64,000 nt of DNA from Anaerovoracaceae bacterium (GTDB lineage Bacteria > Bacillota > Clostridia > Peptostreptococcales > Anaerovoracaceae): assembly GCA_050946655.1 (NCBI GenBank), contig JBMNVE010000001.1, forward strand, positions 54,364 through 118,363, in the 5' to 3' direction. The position numbers and the translations under genes were made by a program. The notes below the pieces were generated by a model. That model was not told where the DNA came from. It saw nothing but the letters and a program-made list of their open reading frames with translations, and searched no databases. Shown piece after piece: positions 1 to 8,619 of this stretch. Numbering within the stretch: position 1 is the stretch's first letter; each line of letters opens with the position of its first letter.

Positions 1-915
1 CCGATAGTCCTCTTCCGTCTCCCCCGGAAATCCCACAATGATATCGGTCGTGATGCCGTAGAGGGGATCGAAGGCCTTTAGGGTTTCCGTAATACTTATA
101 TATGTTTCCCTGTTGTAGTTCCTGTTCATGGCTTTCAAGATCCTGTCGCTACCGCTCTGGAGGGAAAGATGCAGGTGATGGCATAGTCGGCGGGATTTGA
201 GGATCTCCCTTACAAAGTCCTCATCCACCACTGTAGGTTCAAGGGAAGAAAGGCGGACGCGAAAATTGCCTTCCATCTCGTCCAGGTCCCTCAGCAAGCC
301 GGGAAGATCCTCGTAGAGCGCCGTATTGATCCCGGTCAAAATGATTTCTTTGTAGCCTTGTTCAATGAGGCCTCGGGCTTCTTCCAGTACCTCATCCCTG
401 TTTCTGCTTCGCACAGGGCCTCTGGCATAGGGGATGATGCAGTAGGAACAGAAGCGATCACAGCCCTCCTGTATCTTTACATAGGCACGGGTCCGCAACG
501 CCGTAGAGGTGAGGATACCGCTGCTCTCGTAACATGACAGATCCTCGTAAGCTTTAATATGGATTTCCGTGTTCCCGTCCCCATATGCTTCCACGTATCG
601 GACCAAGTTTTCTTTTTCATTGGTTCCCGCTACGATATTGACTCCTTCCAGGGCAGCCACCTCATCGGGGCTCACTTGGGCATAGCAACCTACCACGGCA
701 ACGATGCTGGCCGGGTTGATCTTTTTCATTCTCCTGATATACTGCCTGGATTTCCTATCGGCAAGGCCGGTCACCGTGCAGGTGTTGATCACATACACAT
801 CCGCATACTCATCATCATCTACGATTCGGTGTCCGGCTGCTTCGAACTGCTCTGCCAGGGCTTCACTCTCATATTGATTGACTTTACATCCAAGGGTATG
901 AAAGGCGATTTTCAT
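1..915 (-). CDS. mtaB: tRNA t6A37 methylthiotransferase MtaB (radical SAM), N-terminal ~305 aa; the 3' end lies beyond the window
   Basis: Not in the ORF track because it is open at the window edge. My minus-strand translation from ATG 915 reads MKIAFHTLGCKVNQYESEALAEQFEAAGHRIV..DVYVINTCTVT..KIQEGCDRFCSYCIIPYARG..DIIVGFPGETEEDY. This gives a UPF0004 N-domain plus a CxxxCxxC radical-SAM site. The ATG overlaps the TGA of the upstream gene (ATGA at 912-915). Confidence 0.8.
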   Translation of the reverse strand, partial: MKIAFHTLGCKVNQYESEALAEQFEAAGHRIVDDDEYADVYVINTCTVTGLADRKSRQYIRRMKKINPASIVAVVGCYAQVSPDEVAALEGVNIVAGTNEKENLVRYVEAYGDGNTEIHIKAYEDLSCYESSGILTSTALRTRAYVKIQEGCDRFCSYCIIPYARGPVRSRNRDEVLEEARGLIEQGYKEIILTGINTALYEDLPGLLRDLDEMEGNFRVRLSSLEPTVVDEDFVREILKSRRLCHHLHLSLQSGSDRILKAMNRNYNRETYISITETLKAFDPLYGITTDIIVGFPGETEEDYR

Positions 916-2297
916 TCTGTTTTTTCAGTCCCCTCTCTGTCTTGTTTCTCGCCTTCCTCTTCTCCTTCTTCTGAGATATCGGAAACCTCCATCTTCACCT
1001 TAGCGATCCTTCGATCCATGACGGACTCTATGGTGAAGGTAATATTTCCCAGTTCCACCACCTGTTTTTCCTCCCCGTCTTCGTCGGGGATCTCTCCCAA
1101 TATTTCGATGAGAAGGCCTCCCAGGGTTTCACTGTTATCCGAAAAGAGGTGGGTGCCCAGTTCATCATTGATATCGTCCAGATCCATGGTCCCGTCAATG
1201 TGGTAGAGGTTCTCTCCTAACTGTTCAATGGTCGGCTCTTCTTCATCGTATTCGTCATCAATATTGCCCATGATTTCTTCTACCATGTCTTCCATGGTTA
1301 CGATTCCCGAAAAACCTCCGTATTCATCAATGAGGATAGCGATGTGCTGCTTTTTTTTCTGCAGTTCAAAGAAGAGGCTGTCGATATTTTTTGTTTCCGG
1401 CACGAAGAAGGGTGCCCTGAGAATATCCCTCAGAACCACACCATCGAAGCCGTTTTCCCTGGCCTTGATGAGGAAGTCTTTGATGTTCAAGATGCCGATG
1501 ATGTTATCGCTGTCTTCTTCATAGACAGGAATCCTGGAGTACCTCATCTCCATCAGTTGATCCAGGTATTCTTCCGGTTCATCATCGATATCGATGGAGA
1601 ACACATCGGTTCTTGGGGTCATCACCTCGTAAGCCAGCTTATCATCAAAGGCAAAAATAGAGTCGATCATCTTCTTGCCTTCTTCCTTCAAAACCCCTTC
1701 TTCCTGGCCTACCTCAAGCATGGACATGATTTCTTCTTCAGAAAAGAAGGCATCCCGGATTCCGGTTTCTTGTCCGGTGATCTTCAGGAATAAATTGGTC
1801 AGGCCGTTACATACCGCCACAAATGGAGTGCATATCCTGGAAAAGAACAGGGCATAGCCGGAAAGGGCAAGTGCAACGCTTTCCGTATGCTGTAGGGCTA
1901 CTTGCTTGGGATACAGAAAGCCGAAAATGAGAAATAAAGTAGATATAACAACGGTGAGAGCAAGGACGGCCAAGGCTCCTCCGTATGGCAGCCCCATTTC
2001 GGTGAAATATTTTCCCAAAAGAACACCAAAGGTCTTGGTGGTGCTGCCGATGGATAAAAAACCGAGAAATATGGTGACGATGAGAGAAACGGAAAAGAAC
2101 TTTCCCGGAGCATCGAAAATTTTCACGACCCTCCCGGCTCTGCTGTCTCCTCCATCAGCCATAGCTCTCATGTGATTACGGTTCACCGTAGTCATAGCCG
2201 TATCCGCAGCACTTAAAAAGCCGCTGATGATCAGACTCACCACGATGAATATGACCTCGATCAAAATCAATAGTCCCCCTTGGGGATTTGCGTCCAT
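912..2297 (-). CDS. CNNM/DUF21 membrane domain + CBS pair + CorC_HlyC domain protein (hemolysin-family, putative Mg2+/Co2+ efflux)
   Basis: 461-aa ORF. The N-terminus is hydrophobic and multi-TM. The central part has CBS-pair-like sequence (VMTPRTDVFSIDID..IPVYEEDSDNIIGILNIKD), followed by a CorC_HlyC-like C-terminus and an acidic tail. Confidence 0.85.
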   Translation of the reverse strand: MDANPQGGLLILIEVIFIVVSLIISGFLSAADTAMTTVNRNHMRAMADGGDSRAGRVVKIFDAPGKFFSVSLIVTIFLGFLSIGSTTKTFGVLLGKYFTEMGLPYGGALAVLALTVVISTLFLIFGFLYPKQVALQHTESVALALSGYALFFSRICTPFVAVCNGLTNLFLKITGQETGIRDAFFSEEEIMSMLEVGQEEGVLKEEGKKMIDSIFAFDDKLAYEVMTPRTDVFSIDIDDEPEEYLDQLMEMRYSRIPVYEEDSDNIIGILNIKDFLIKARENGFDGVVLRDILRAPFFVPETKNIDSLFFELQKKKQHIAILIDEYGGFSGIVTMEDMVEEIMGNIDDEYDEEEPTIEQLGENLYHIDGTMDLDDINDELGTHLFSDNSETLGGLLIEILGEIPDEDGEEKQVVELGNITFTIESVMDRRIAKVKMEVSDISEEGEEEGEKQDREGTEKTE

Positions 2298-2298
2298 T

Positions 2299-3522
2299 TT
2301 ATACCTCTTTCTTTTTTCTCAATATATCGCCCGGCTCTACAGGAAGGTCCATCTTTATCTTCACGATTTGTTGCGGGTGAGGTGCTGACTGGATGGGATT
2401 CCCTTGATCATCCAGGAGAACCTGAAGTTTCTGGGTAAAAAAGTCCTTGTCCGGCCCAAATATTTCGATCTCCTCTCCCAAAGACATCTTGTTTCTCTGC
2501 TCCACCACAGCCATAGCCGTGTCCTCGTGATACTCTCTGACGATGCCCACAAAAGAATACTCCCTTTGATAAGCACTGGACAGATAATCCTGGTCCCGGC
2601 AGGTGGGCTTGCGGAAATAAAAGCCGGTGGTGAAGTTCCTGTGGCTTACCTTGGAAACTTCCTCCATCCATTCTTCCTTGAAGTCCTCACCCCTGTAGAA
2701 TGCATCAATGGCTCTACGGTAAGCTCCTACCACCGTGGCCACATAAAAGACACTCTTCATCCTTCCCTCTATCTTGGCTGAGTTTACACCCGCTTTTGCA
2801 AGAGCTCCCATGTGGCGGATCATGCATAAATCGCCGGAGTTCATGATATATGTCCCCCGATCATCTTCTTCCACAGGATAATACTCCCCGGGCCTCTTCT
2901 CCTCAACCAATGCATACTTCCACCGGCAGGGATGGGCACACTGCCCCCGGTTGGCATCCCGGTCCACCATGAAGTTGCTCAGCAGACATCTTCCCGAATA
3001 AGAAATGCACATGGCTCCATGGACAAAGGCTTCAATTTCCAGGTCCGCCGGTATTTTTTCCCGCATATTGCGGATATCTTCCAGACTCATCTCCCTTGCC
3101 AAAACGATCCGCCTTATCCCTTGCTCGTACCAAAACTCAGCGGCCCGGTAGTTGGTCACATTGGCCTGGGTACTGAGATGGATCTCCGCCTCCGGGATGA
3201 TGTGGCGCAAAATGCTGATGGCTCCCGGATCGGAAAGGATAAAGGCGTCCAGCCCATGATCCTTGATTTCCTCCACAAAATCTTCTAAAAGGGGCAAGTC
3301 TTCATTGTGGGGGAAGATATTCAACGTCAGGTAGCATTTTTTCCCCTTCTCATGGGCATAGGCAATCCCTTCTTTCATCTCATCAGGAGAGAAATTATCC
3401 GCGCCGGCTCTAAGGCTGAATGCCTCGCCACCAAAATAAACCGCATCGGCACCATAGTCCACAGCAGTTTTTAACTTTTCCAGATCTCCTGCCGGTGCCA
3501 GAAGTTCCATTTTATTCCACAT
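2299..3522 (-). CDS. Peptidase U32 family protein (YrrO/TrhP-like, probable tRNA 5-hydroxyuridine synthesis)
   Basis: MELLAPAGDLEKLKTAVDYGADAVYFGG is a typical U32 N-terminus. A GGAGTG RBS lies 8 nt upstream of ATG 3522. The order mltG-OMT-U32 mirrors B. subtilis yrrL-yrrM-yrrN/O. Confidence 0.8.
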   Translation of the reverse strand: MWNKMELLAPAGDLEKLKTAVDYGADAVYFGGEAFSLRAGADNFSPDEMKEGIAYAHEKGKKCYLTLNIFPHNEDLPLLEDFVEEIKDHGLDAFILSDPGAISILRHIIPEAEIHLSTQANVTNYRAAEFWYEQGIRRIVLAREMSLEDIRNMREKIPADLEIEAFVHGAMCISYSGRCLLSNFMVDRDANRGQCAHPCRWKYALVEEKRPGEYYPVEEDDRGTYIMNSGDLCMIRHMGALAKAGVNSAKIEGRMKSVFYVATVVGAYRRAIDAFYRGEDFKEEWMEEVSKVSHRNFTTGFYFRKPTCRDQDYLSSAYQREYSFVGIVREYHEDTAMAVVEQRNKMSLGEEIEIFGPDKDFFTQKLQVLLDDQGNPIQSAPHPQQIVKIKMDLPVEPGDILRKKKEV

Positions 3523-4177
3523 AACTTATACTCACTCCGTCTCCCACGGGCAACAGGGATGTGTGGATCCCCGAAAAGCCCATCATATAGTCGATAAAGT
3601 CCCGCATCCTTCTGGTGCTGGTCCTGAAATCCCCTTCTTCATCATATCGGTCATCGGCAACCATGGCCTTCATAAATACATTATCGCATAGGATCACCGT
3701 TCCCTTGGAGGACAATGACCTTGCCCCGTCCCAAAACTCTCTGTAGTGGCTTTTTCCCGCATCGATGAAAACAAAGTCGTAAGAACTTCCGTCATCGGGC
3801 ACCACCTGAGGATCGGGACCTTCCAGAAGCTTTACCCCATCTCCGTGTACCACCCGAATGCGGTGAGACATCCCCATGGTTTCCGCTTCCTGACGGGTTT
3901 TTACCACCCCGCGGATATCGTTATCCACCGTGACAATCTTTGCCTCCGGTGCTGCGGTGGCCATGACCAAGGCAGAATACCCGATAGCCGTACCGATCTC
4001 CAGGATATTCCTCGGCTTGATCAGTTTCAATAGGGACAGAATCAGCATCTCCGTGTCGGGCAAAATAATGGGGATCAGTCTTTTTTCCCCATATGCCCTT
4101 ATCCTTGCCAGTTCTCCATTGAGGGGACTGTAGTATTTATCCATGTAGGCGGTAATATCTTCATTGACGATGTTCAC
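3512..4177 (-). CDS. Class I SAM-dependent O-methyltransferase (YrrM/TrmR-like, caffeoyl-CoA OMT fold)
   Basis: 221 aa. SAM motif ILEIGTAIGYSAL and later FVFIDAGK. It sits between mltG and the U32 gene as in the yrrLMNO cluster. Confidence 0.75.
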   Translation of the reverse strand: MNIVNEDITAYMDKYYSPLNGELARIRAYGEKRLIPIILPDTEMLILSLLKLIKPRNILEIGTAIGYSALVMATAAPEAKIVTVDNDIRGVVKTRQEAETMGMSHRIRVVHGDGVKLLEGPDPQVVPDDGSSYDFVFIDAGKSHYREFWDGARSLSSKGTVILCDNVFMKAMVADDRYDEEGDFRTSTRRMRDFIDYMMGFSGIHTSLLPVGDGVSISYVE

Positions 4178-5230
4178 TTATTTTTCTCCGGGATTTTCTT
4201 TGATGTATTTTTCATATGCCTTGTCAAAGGCCTCCTTGTCCTTGAGGAATTCCTCGTAGGTCTCGGAGTAGACATTGGTCCCGTCCAGTTTGGGCGTGGC
4301 CACAAAGTACAGGTACTTGGTTTCAGCCGGATGCAATGCGGCTTCAATGGCATCCACCCCCGGTGAACATATCGGTCCGGGAGGCAGACCCTTGTTGGTA
4401 TAGGGGTTGTAGGGGGAGTCCACCGCAATATCCGAATAGGTGGCCCTGATTTTATCTTCTTTATGAATGTAGGAAATGATGGAGTCCATCTGCAGCGGCA
4501 TGTCGATCTTCAGGCGATTGTATATGACACTGGAAACCTTGGGTTTCTCACCTTTTTTTGATGCTTCTCGCTCTACGATGGAGGCAACGACGATCACATC
4601 GTAGATGGTCTTCCCCTGTTTTTCCGCTTCTTTATAGTACTTATCTCCCACGGCATCGTCAAAGCCTTTGAGCATGATATCCACCACTTCATGGGCGGTG
4701 GCGTCCACAGGAACTTCATATGTATTGGGATATAAGAATCCTTCCAGCCGAGTGGGTCCCTTGGGAAGATACTTCATAAACCGGTAGTCGAATTTTCCGT
4801 TTTCTACCTCGTAGTAAAAGTCCTTTTTTGAAACGATCCCTTCCCCTTCCAGCTGATCAGCTACCTTATCGATGGTCATTCCTTCGATTACCTGAAAGGT
4901 CTTGCCCGCCGTATCGCCGTCTCTGATGGCAGTCATCATCTCCTTCGCCGACATGGATCTGGTGAATGCGTAGGTTCCTGCCTTATATTTTCCGTCATAT
5001 CCCTCCACCTTGGATCTGAGTTTGAAAAAGCCTTCGCTACGAATCAGATCTTCTTTTTTGAGAAGAGCCGCAATCTGACCGGTGCCACTTCCCTGCTCTA
5101 TCCTCACCAGTATCTTCTTTTCGTCTCCCTTGTCCACCGGTAAGCCGGATATGGAATAGGCTGCAATCCCACCTATCACCAACAGGACAATAAGGCCGAA
5201 AACTATGATCAGCGATCTTTTTTTCTTCAT
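4178..5230 (-). CDS. mltG: Endolytic murein transglycosylase MltG (YceG-like)
   Basis: 350 aa. N-terminal TM anchor, then YceG-type sequence (..EGFLYPNTYEV.., ..ASIVEREA.., ..YNPYTNKGLPPGPICSPG..). Confidence 0.9.
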   Translation of the reverse strand: MKKKRSLIIVFGLIVLLVIGGIAAYSISGLPVDKGDEKKILVRIEQGSGTGQIAALLKKEDLIRSEGFFKLRSKVEGYDGKYKAGTYAFTRSMSAKEMMTAIRDGDTAGKTFQVIEGMTIDKVADQLEGEGIVSKKDFYYEVENGKFDYRFMKYLPKGPTRLEGFLYPNTYEVPVDATAHEVVDIMLKGFDDAVGDKYYKEAEKQGKTIYDVIVVASIVEREASKKGEKPKVSSVIYNRLKIDMPLQMDSIISYIHKEDKIRATYSDIAVDSPYNPYTNKGLPPGPICSPGVDAIEAALHPAETKYLYFVATPKLDGTNVYSETYEEFLKDKEAFDKAYEKYIKENPGEK

Positions 5231-5245
5231 GTGGTTCTCCTTTAG

Positions 5246-5279
5246 GAAAAAAGTCAGGGACGCATAGCCATACGTCCCC
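5246..5279 (-). terminator. Intrinsic terminator after efp
   Basis: The minus-strand RNA has GGGACG-loop-CGTCCC followed by UGACUUUUUUCC. It lies between the efp stop (5289) and the mltG start (5230). Confidence 0.7.
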
Positions 5280-5288
5280 AGGAAACTC

Positions 5289-5849
5289 TTATTTAGATCT
5301 GCTCAGGTATTCTCCGCTTCTGGTATCGATTTGTATCACTTCTCCTGCTTCTATAAAGATGGGGACCTGTACCACCGCTCCTGTCTCCACGGTTGCCGCC
5401 TTTGTCACATTGGTAGCCGTATCTCCTTTGACGCCGGGCTCCGTCTCAATGACCTTCAAGTCCACGAAGTTCGGTGCTTCCACGATGAAGGGAGCACTGT
5501 TGTAGAACTTGATGGTAGCTTCATCGTTCTCCCGCAAGTATATCATGGCATCTGCCGCCATTTCCTTGCTGATGGGAATCTGTTCGTAAGTCTCCCCGTC
5601 CATGAAGTAGTAAAGCTCTCCATCGGAATACAGATACTGCATGGTCTTGGTCTCGATCAATGCCTTGGGGAATTTGTCGTTAGGGTTGAATGCTTCTTCC
5701 CTGGTTGCCCCGGTCAAGATATTTCTGTACTTGGTCCTGACAAATGCAGCACCCTTCCCCGGTTTCACGTGTTGAAAGTCCAGCACTACGTGTGGCTCTC
5801 CGTTGATCTGAAAGGTGATGCCTTTTCTGAAATCTCCTGCATATATCAT
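5289..5849 (-). CDS. efp: Translation elongation factor P
   Basis: 186 aa. [47 protein letters not shown] is a canonical EF-P N-terminus. Confidence 0.97.
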   Translation of the reverse strand: MIYAGDFRKGITFQINGEPHVVLDFQHVKPGKGAAFVRTKYRNILTGATREEAFNPNDKFPKALIETKTMQYLYSDGELYYFMDGETYEQIPISKEMAADAMIYLRENDEATIKFYNSAPFIVEAPNFVDLKVIETEPGVKGDTATNVTKAATVETGAVVQVPIFIEAGEVIQIDTRSGEYLSRSK

Positions 5850-5867
5850 TTGTTTTCTCCATTCATT

Positions 5868-6563
5868 TTATAATATGATCAATTCCTTCGGTGATTTTAC
5901 GGTGCTAATTATACCAAATTTTGTTACGATTGCCAAGTCCTCGATGCGCACGCCGAACTTCCCCGGGATATAGATCCCCGGTTCGACGGTCACAGCCATA
6001 TCTTCTGCAAGGATCTCCTCGCTTTTGCTGTTAAGGGTGGGAGCCTCATGGACCAAAGTGCCCACACCGTGACCCGTCCCGTGAACAAAGTACTCTCCAT
6101 ATCCGGCATCTTTAATAATATCCCTGGCCACCTTATCTACCGCTACACAGGGAACACCTGCTCTAACCGCTTCAAGAGCGGATTCCTGGGCATGGAGGAC
6201 GATTTCATAAACCTTTTTTTGTTCGTCACTCACCTCTCCCATGGCCACGGTCCTGGTCATGTCCCCGCAGTATCCGTCTACCATGGTCCCAAAGTCCATG
6301 GTCACAAAGTCTCCCCGCTCTATGACTTTATCGGTAGGCTCTCCATGGGGCAGGTTGGTCCGCTCTCCGCTGACACAAATGGTAGGGAAGGACAAGCCCT
6401 TGCCCCCCAATTTTTCCAAAGTCGCCTCTATCTCTTTGGCCACCTGTATCTCTGTCATACCCACTTTCAGATAACCGAGCATATGGGCAAAGCACAAGTC
6501 ACCAATGGCGGAGGCCTTCATGATCTTCAATAGTTCTTCCGGCTTTTTACCCTTCAATTCCAA
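5868..6563 (-). CDS. M24 family metallopeptidase (Xaa-Pro peptidase type), catalytic domain only
   Basis: 231 aa. The pita-bread metal-ligand contexts are present: DFGTMVDGYCGDMTRT, HGTGHGVG, VEPGIY and RIEDL. There is no creatinase-like N-domain. Confidence 0.8.
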   Translation of the reverse strand: MELKGKKPEELLKIMKASAIGDLCFAHMLGYLKVGMTEIQVAKEIEATLEKLGGKGLSFPTICVSGERTNLPHGEPTDKVIERGDFVTMDFGTMVDGYCGDMTRTVAMGEVSDEQKKVYEIVLHAQESALEAVRAGVPCVAVDKVARDIIKDAGYGEYFVHGTGHGVGTLVHEAPTLNSKSEEILAEDMAVTVEPGIYIPGKFGVRIEDLAIVTKFGIISTVKSPKELIIL

Positions 6564-6879
6564 CCACTTCTCCTAATATCTTATATACGTCCTGCATCAT
6601 CATAGAAAACCTCATTTCACACTGGAGATATTCAGCGGCAAGGGGATCTTTTGCAATGATGGCATACAGATTTTGGATAGTCTGCATCATCTCTTCTTGT
6701 ATTTCTTCCCCCATCATCTGTTTTGCCTGGACAGCCATCTGCTTTGCCTGGAAATCCTTCAGCATAGCATCCAGGTCGCTGTTCTCAGAAACCTTCTCCT
6801 TAGCAGCCATATACTGCTTATATTCCTCAGATTCTCTGATGGCTCTTTCCAAATTATGTGCTTCATCATAAACGTTCAT
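6547..6879 (-). CDS. YlbF/YmcA family regulatory protein
   Basis: 110 aa, all-helical. MNVYDEAHNLERAIRESEEYKQYMAAKEKV...AEYLQCEMRFSMMMQDVYKILGE matches the clostridial YlbF-family pattern. Confidence 0.7.
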   Translation of the reverse strand: MNVYDEAHNLERAIRESEEYKQYMAAKEKVSENSDLDAMLKDFQAKQMAVQAKQMMGEEIQEEMMQTIQNLYAIIAKDPLAAEYLQCEMRFSMMMQDVYKILGEVVGIEG

Positions 6880-6903
6880 TGTTTCATCTCCTTTACTTGT
6901 TCA

Positions 6904-8595
6904 TCATACTTCCATAAATATGGGCAGGATCACCGGATTTCTCTGGGTCCTGTTATAAATAAATCTGCGAAGGTCATCCCGAACCGCACCCTTCATATGG
7001 TTCCAATCCGTATCGCCGCTGGCTTCACATCTCTCCAGAGCGCTTTCGGCAACCGTTGTGGCTTGCTCCATCAGGTCCTCATTTTCACGGGCATACACAA
7101 AGCCTCTGGTAATGAGGTCCGGGCCGGAAACCACCTTTCTGCTTACATGATCGATGGAAGCCACCACGATGATCAGTCCTGACTCGGAAAGGAGTCTTCT
7201 GTCCCGAAGAACGATGTTTCCCACATCGCCTACCCCAAGGCCGTCTACCATGACCCCTTCTGTCTGAGTGATGCCATGGTGGTACTTTGCCGTGTTCTTT
7301 GTAAAGAAAAGCCCATCCCCGTTTTCCAGGAGGAATATGTTGTTCCCCTCTACACCCATATCTCTTGCAATGTCTGCATGGGCCTTCAGATGTCTGTACT
7401 CTCCGTGGACCGGGATGAAGTATTTAGGCTGGATCAGGGAGAAAATCAGTTTTAACTCTTCCTCCGCCGCATGGCCGGACACGTGGGTATCTGCTATATC
7501 CGAATAAATTACTTCGGCACCCTTTTCAAAGAGCCTGTTGACCACGTTGGCCACCAGCTTTTCGTTGCCCGGAATAGCGGTGGAAGACAGAATGATCTGG
7601 TCCCCTCGCTTGATCTGAATCGCTTTGTGCTCTGAACGGGCCATCCTGCTCAGGGCGCTCATAGGCTCCCCCTGACTTCCCGTCGTGATGATCACCAGTT
7701 CCTTGTCGGGGATCCTTCTGGTCTTGTTCACATCAAGGAGTACCCCGTTTGGCACCTTCAAATACCCCAATTCCTGAGCCAGAGCAACTACGTTTAGCAT
7801 GCTCCTTCCGGAAACCGCCACCTTTCTTTTGAACTGCACCGCATGATCCACGATTTTTTGGATCCTGTGCACATTGGAAGAAAATGTTGCAATGATGATC
7901 CTGGACTGGGAGTTTCGAAAGATGTTTTCCAGCGCCTGCCCCACCAACTTTTCCGATTTTGTGTATCCTTTTCTGGTGGCATTGGTACTATCGGACATCA
8001 TCAGAAGGACTCCCTTCTTTCCGATTTCCGCCAACTTGGCCAGATCAATGGGCTCCCCATCCACCGGTGTATAGTCGATCTTGAAGTCTCCTGTGTGAAA
8101 GACTCTGCCTACGGGAGTTTCAATGGAGTAACAAACCGCATCGGCGATGGAATGGGTGACCCTTATGGCTTCCACCGTGAACTTCCCCGCTCTGATCCGG
8201 CTCCCCGGCTCGATCTTATTGAGCCTACCCTTGAGGCCGTGCTCCTCCAGCTTGTTCTTTAGTAGCCCAAGAGGAAGGGCCGTCCCATATATGGGAATGT
8301 TCATATGCTTTGCCAGATAGGGGATCGCGCCGATATGGTCTTCGTGACCGTGGGTGATGAATAATCCCTTGATCTTTGCTGCATTTTCTTTTAAGTACGT
8401 AAAGTCAGGAATGACCACATCGATCCCGTACATTTCGTCCGAAGGGAATGCGATCCCACAATCGATGAGAATCATTTCGTTCTCATACTCCAGGACTGTC
8501 AGGTTTTTTCCGATCTCCTGCAGCCCTCCCAGGGGAATCACTTTCAATGTGTTTCTTCCATCCCTATCCGCTCTACTTCTTTTTTTACTGTTCAT
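6904..8595 (-). CDS. rnj: Ribonuclease J
   Basis: 563 aa. Beta-lactamase motif ITHGHEDHIGAIPYL plus beta-CASP and C-terminal domains. The N-terminus KVIPLGGLQEIGKNLTVLEY is typical. Confidence 0.93.
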   Translation of the reverse strand: MNSKKRSRADRDGRNTLKVIPLGGLQEIGKNLTVLEYENEMILIDCGIAFPSDEMYGIDVVIPDFTYLKENAAKIKGLFITHGHEDHIGAIPYLAKHMNIPIYGTALPLGLLKNKLEEHGLKGRLNKIEPGSRIRAGKFTVEAIRVTHSIADAVCYSIETPVGRVFHTGDFKIDYTPVDGEPIDLAKLAEIGKKGVLLMMSDSTNATRKGYTKSEKLVGQALENIFRNSQSRIIIATFSSNVHRIQKIVDHAVQFKRKVAVSGRSMLNVVALAQELGYLKVPNGVLLDVNKTRRIPDKELVIITTGSQGEPMSALSRMARSEHKAIQIKRGDQIILSSTAIPGNEKLVANVVNRLFEKGAEVIYSDIADTHVSGHAAEEELKLIFSLIQPKYFIPVHGEYRHLKAHADIARDMGVEGNNIFLLENGDGLFFTKNTAKYHHGITQTEGVMVDGLGVGDVGNIVLRDRRLLSESGLIIVVASIDHVSRKVVSGPDLITRGFVYARENEDLMEQATTVAESALERCEASGDTDWNHMKGAVRDDLRRFIYNRTQRNPVILPIFMEV

Positions 8596-8619
8596 AAACC
8601 GTCCTTTTCAAGTAGGAGG

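Noticed and set aside
559-1206. 215-aa plus-strand ORF in the track
   Set aside because: It is antisense to the clearly homologous mtaB and CNNM/CBS genes, and has low-complexity S/P-rich content, no RBS and no family resemblance.
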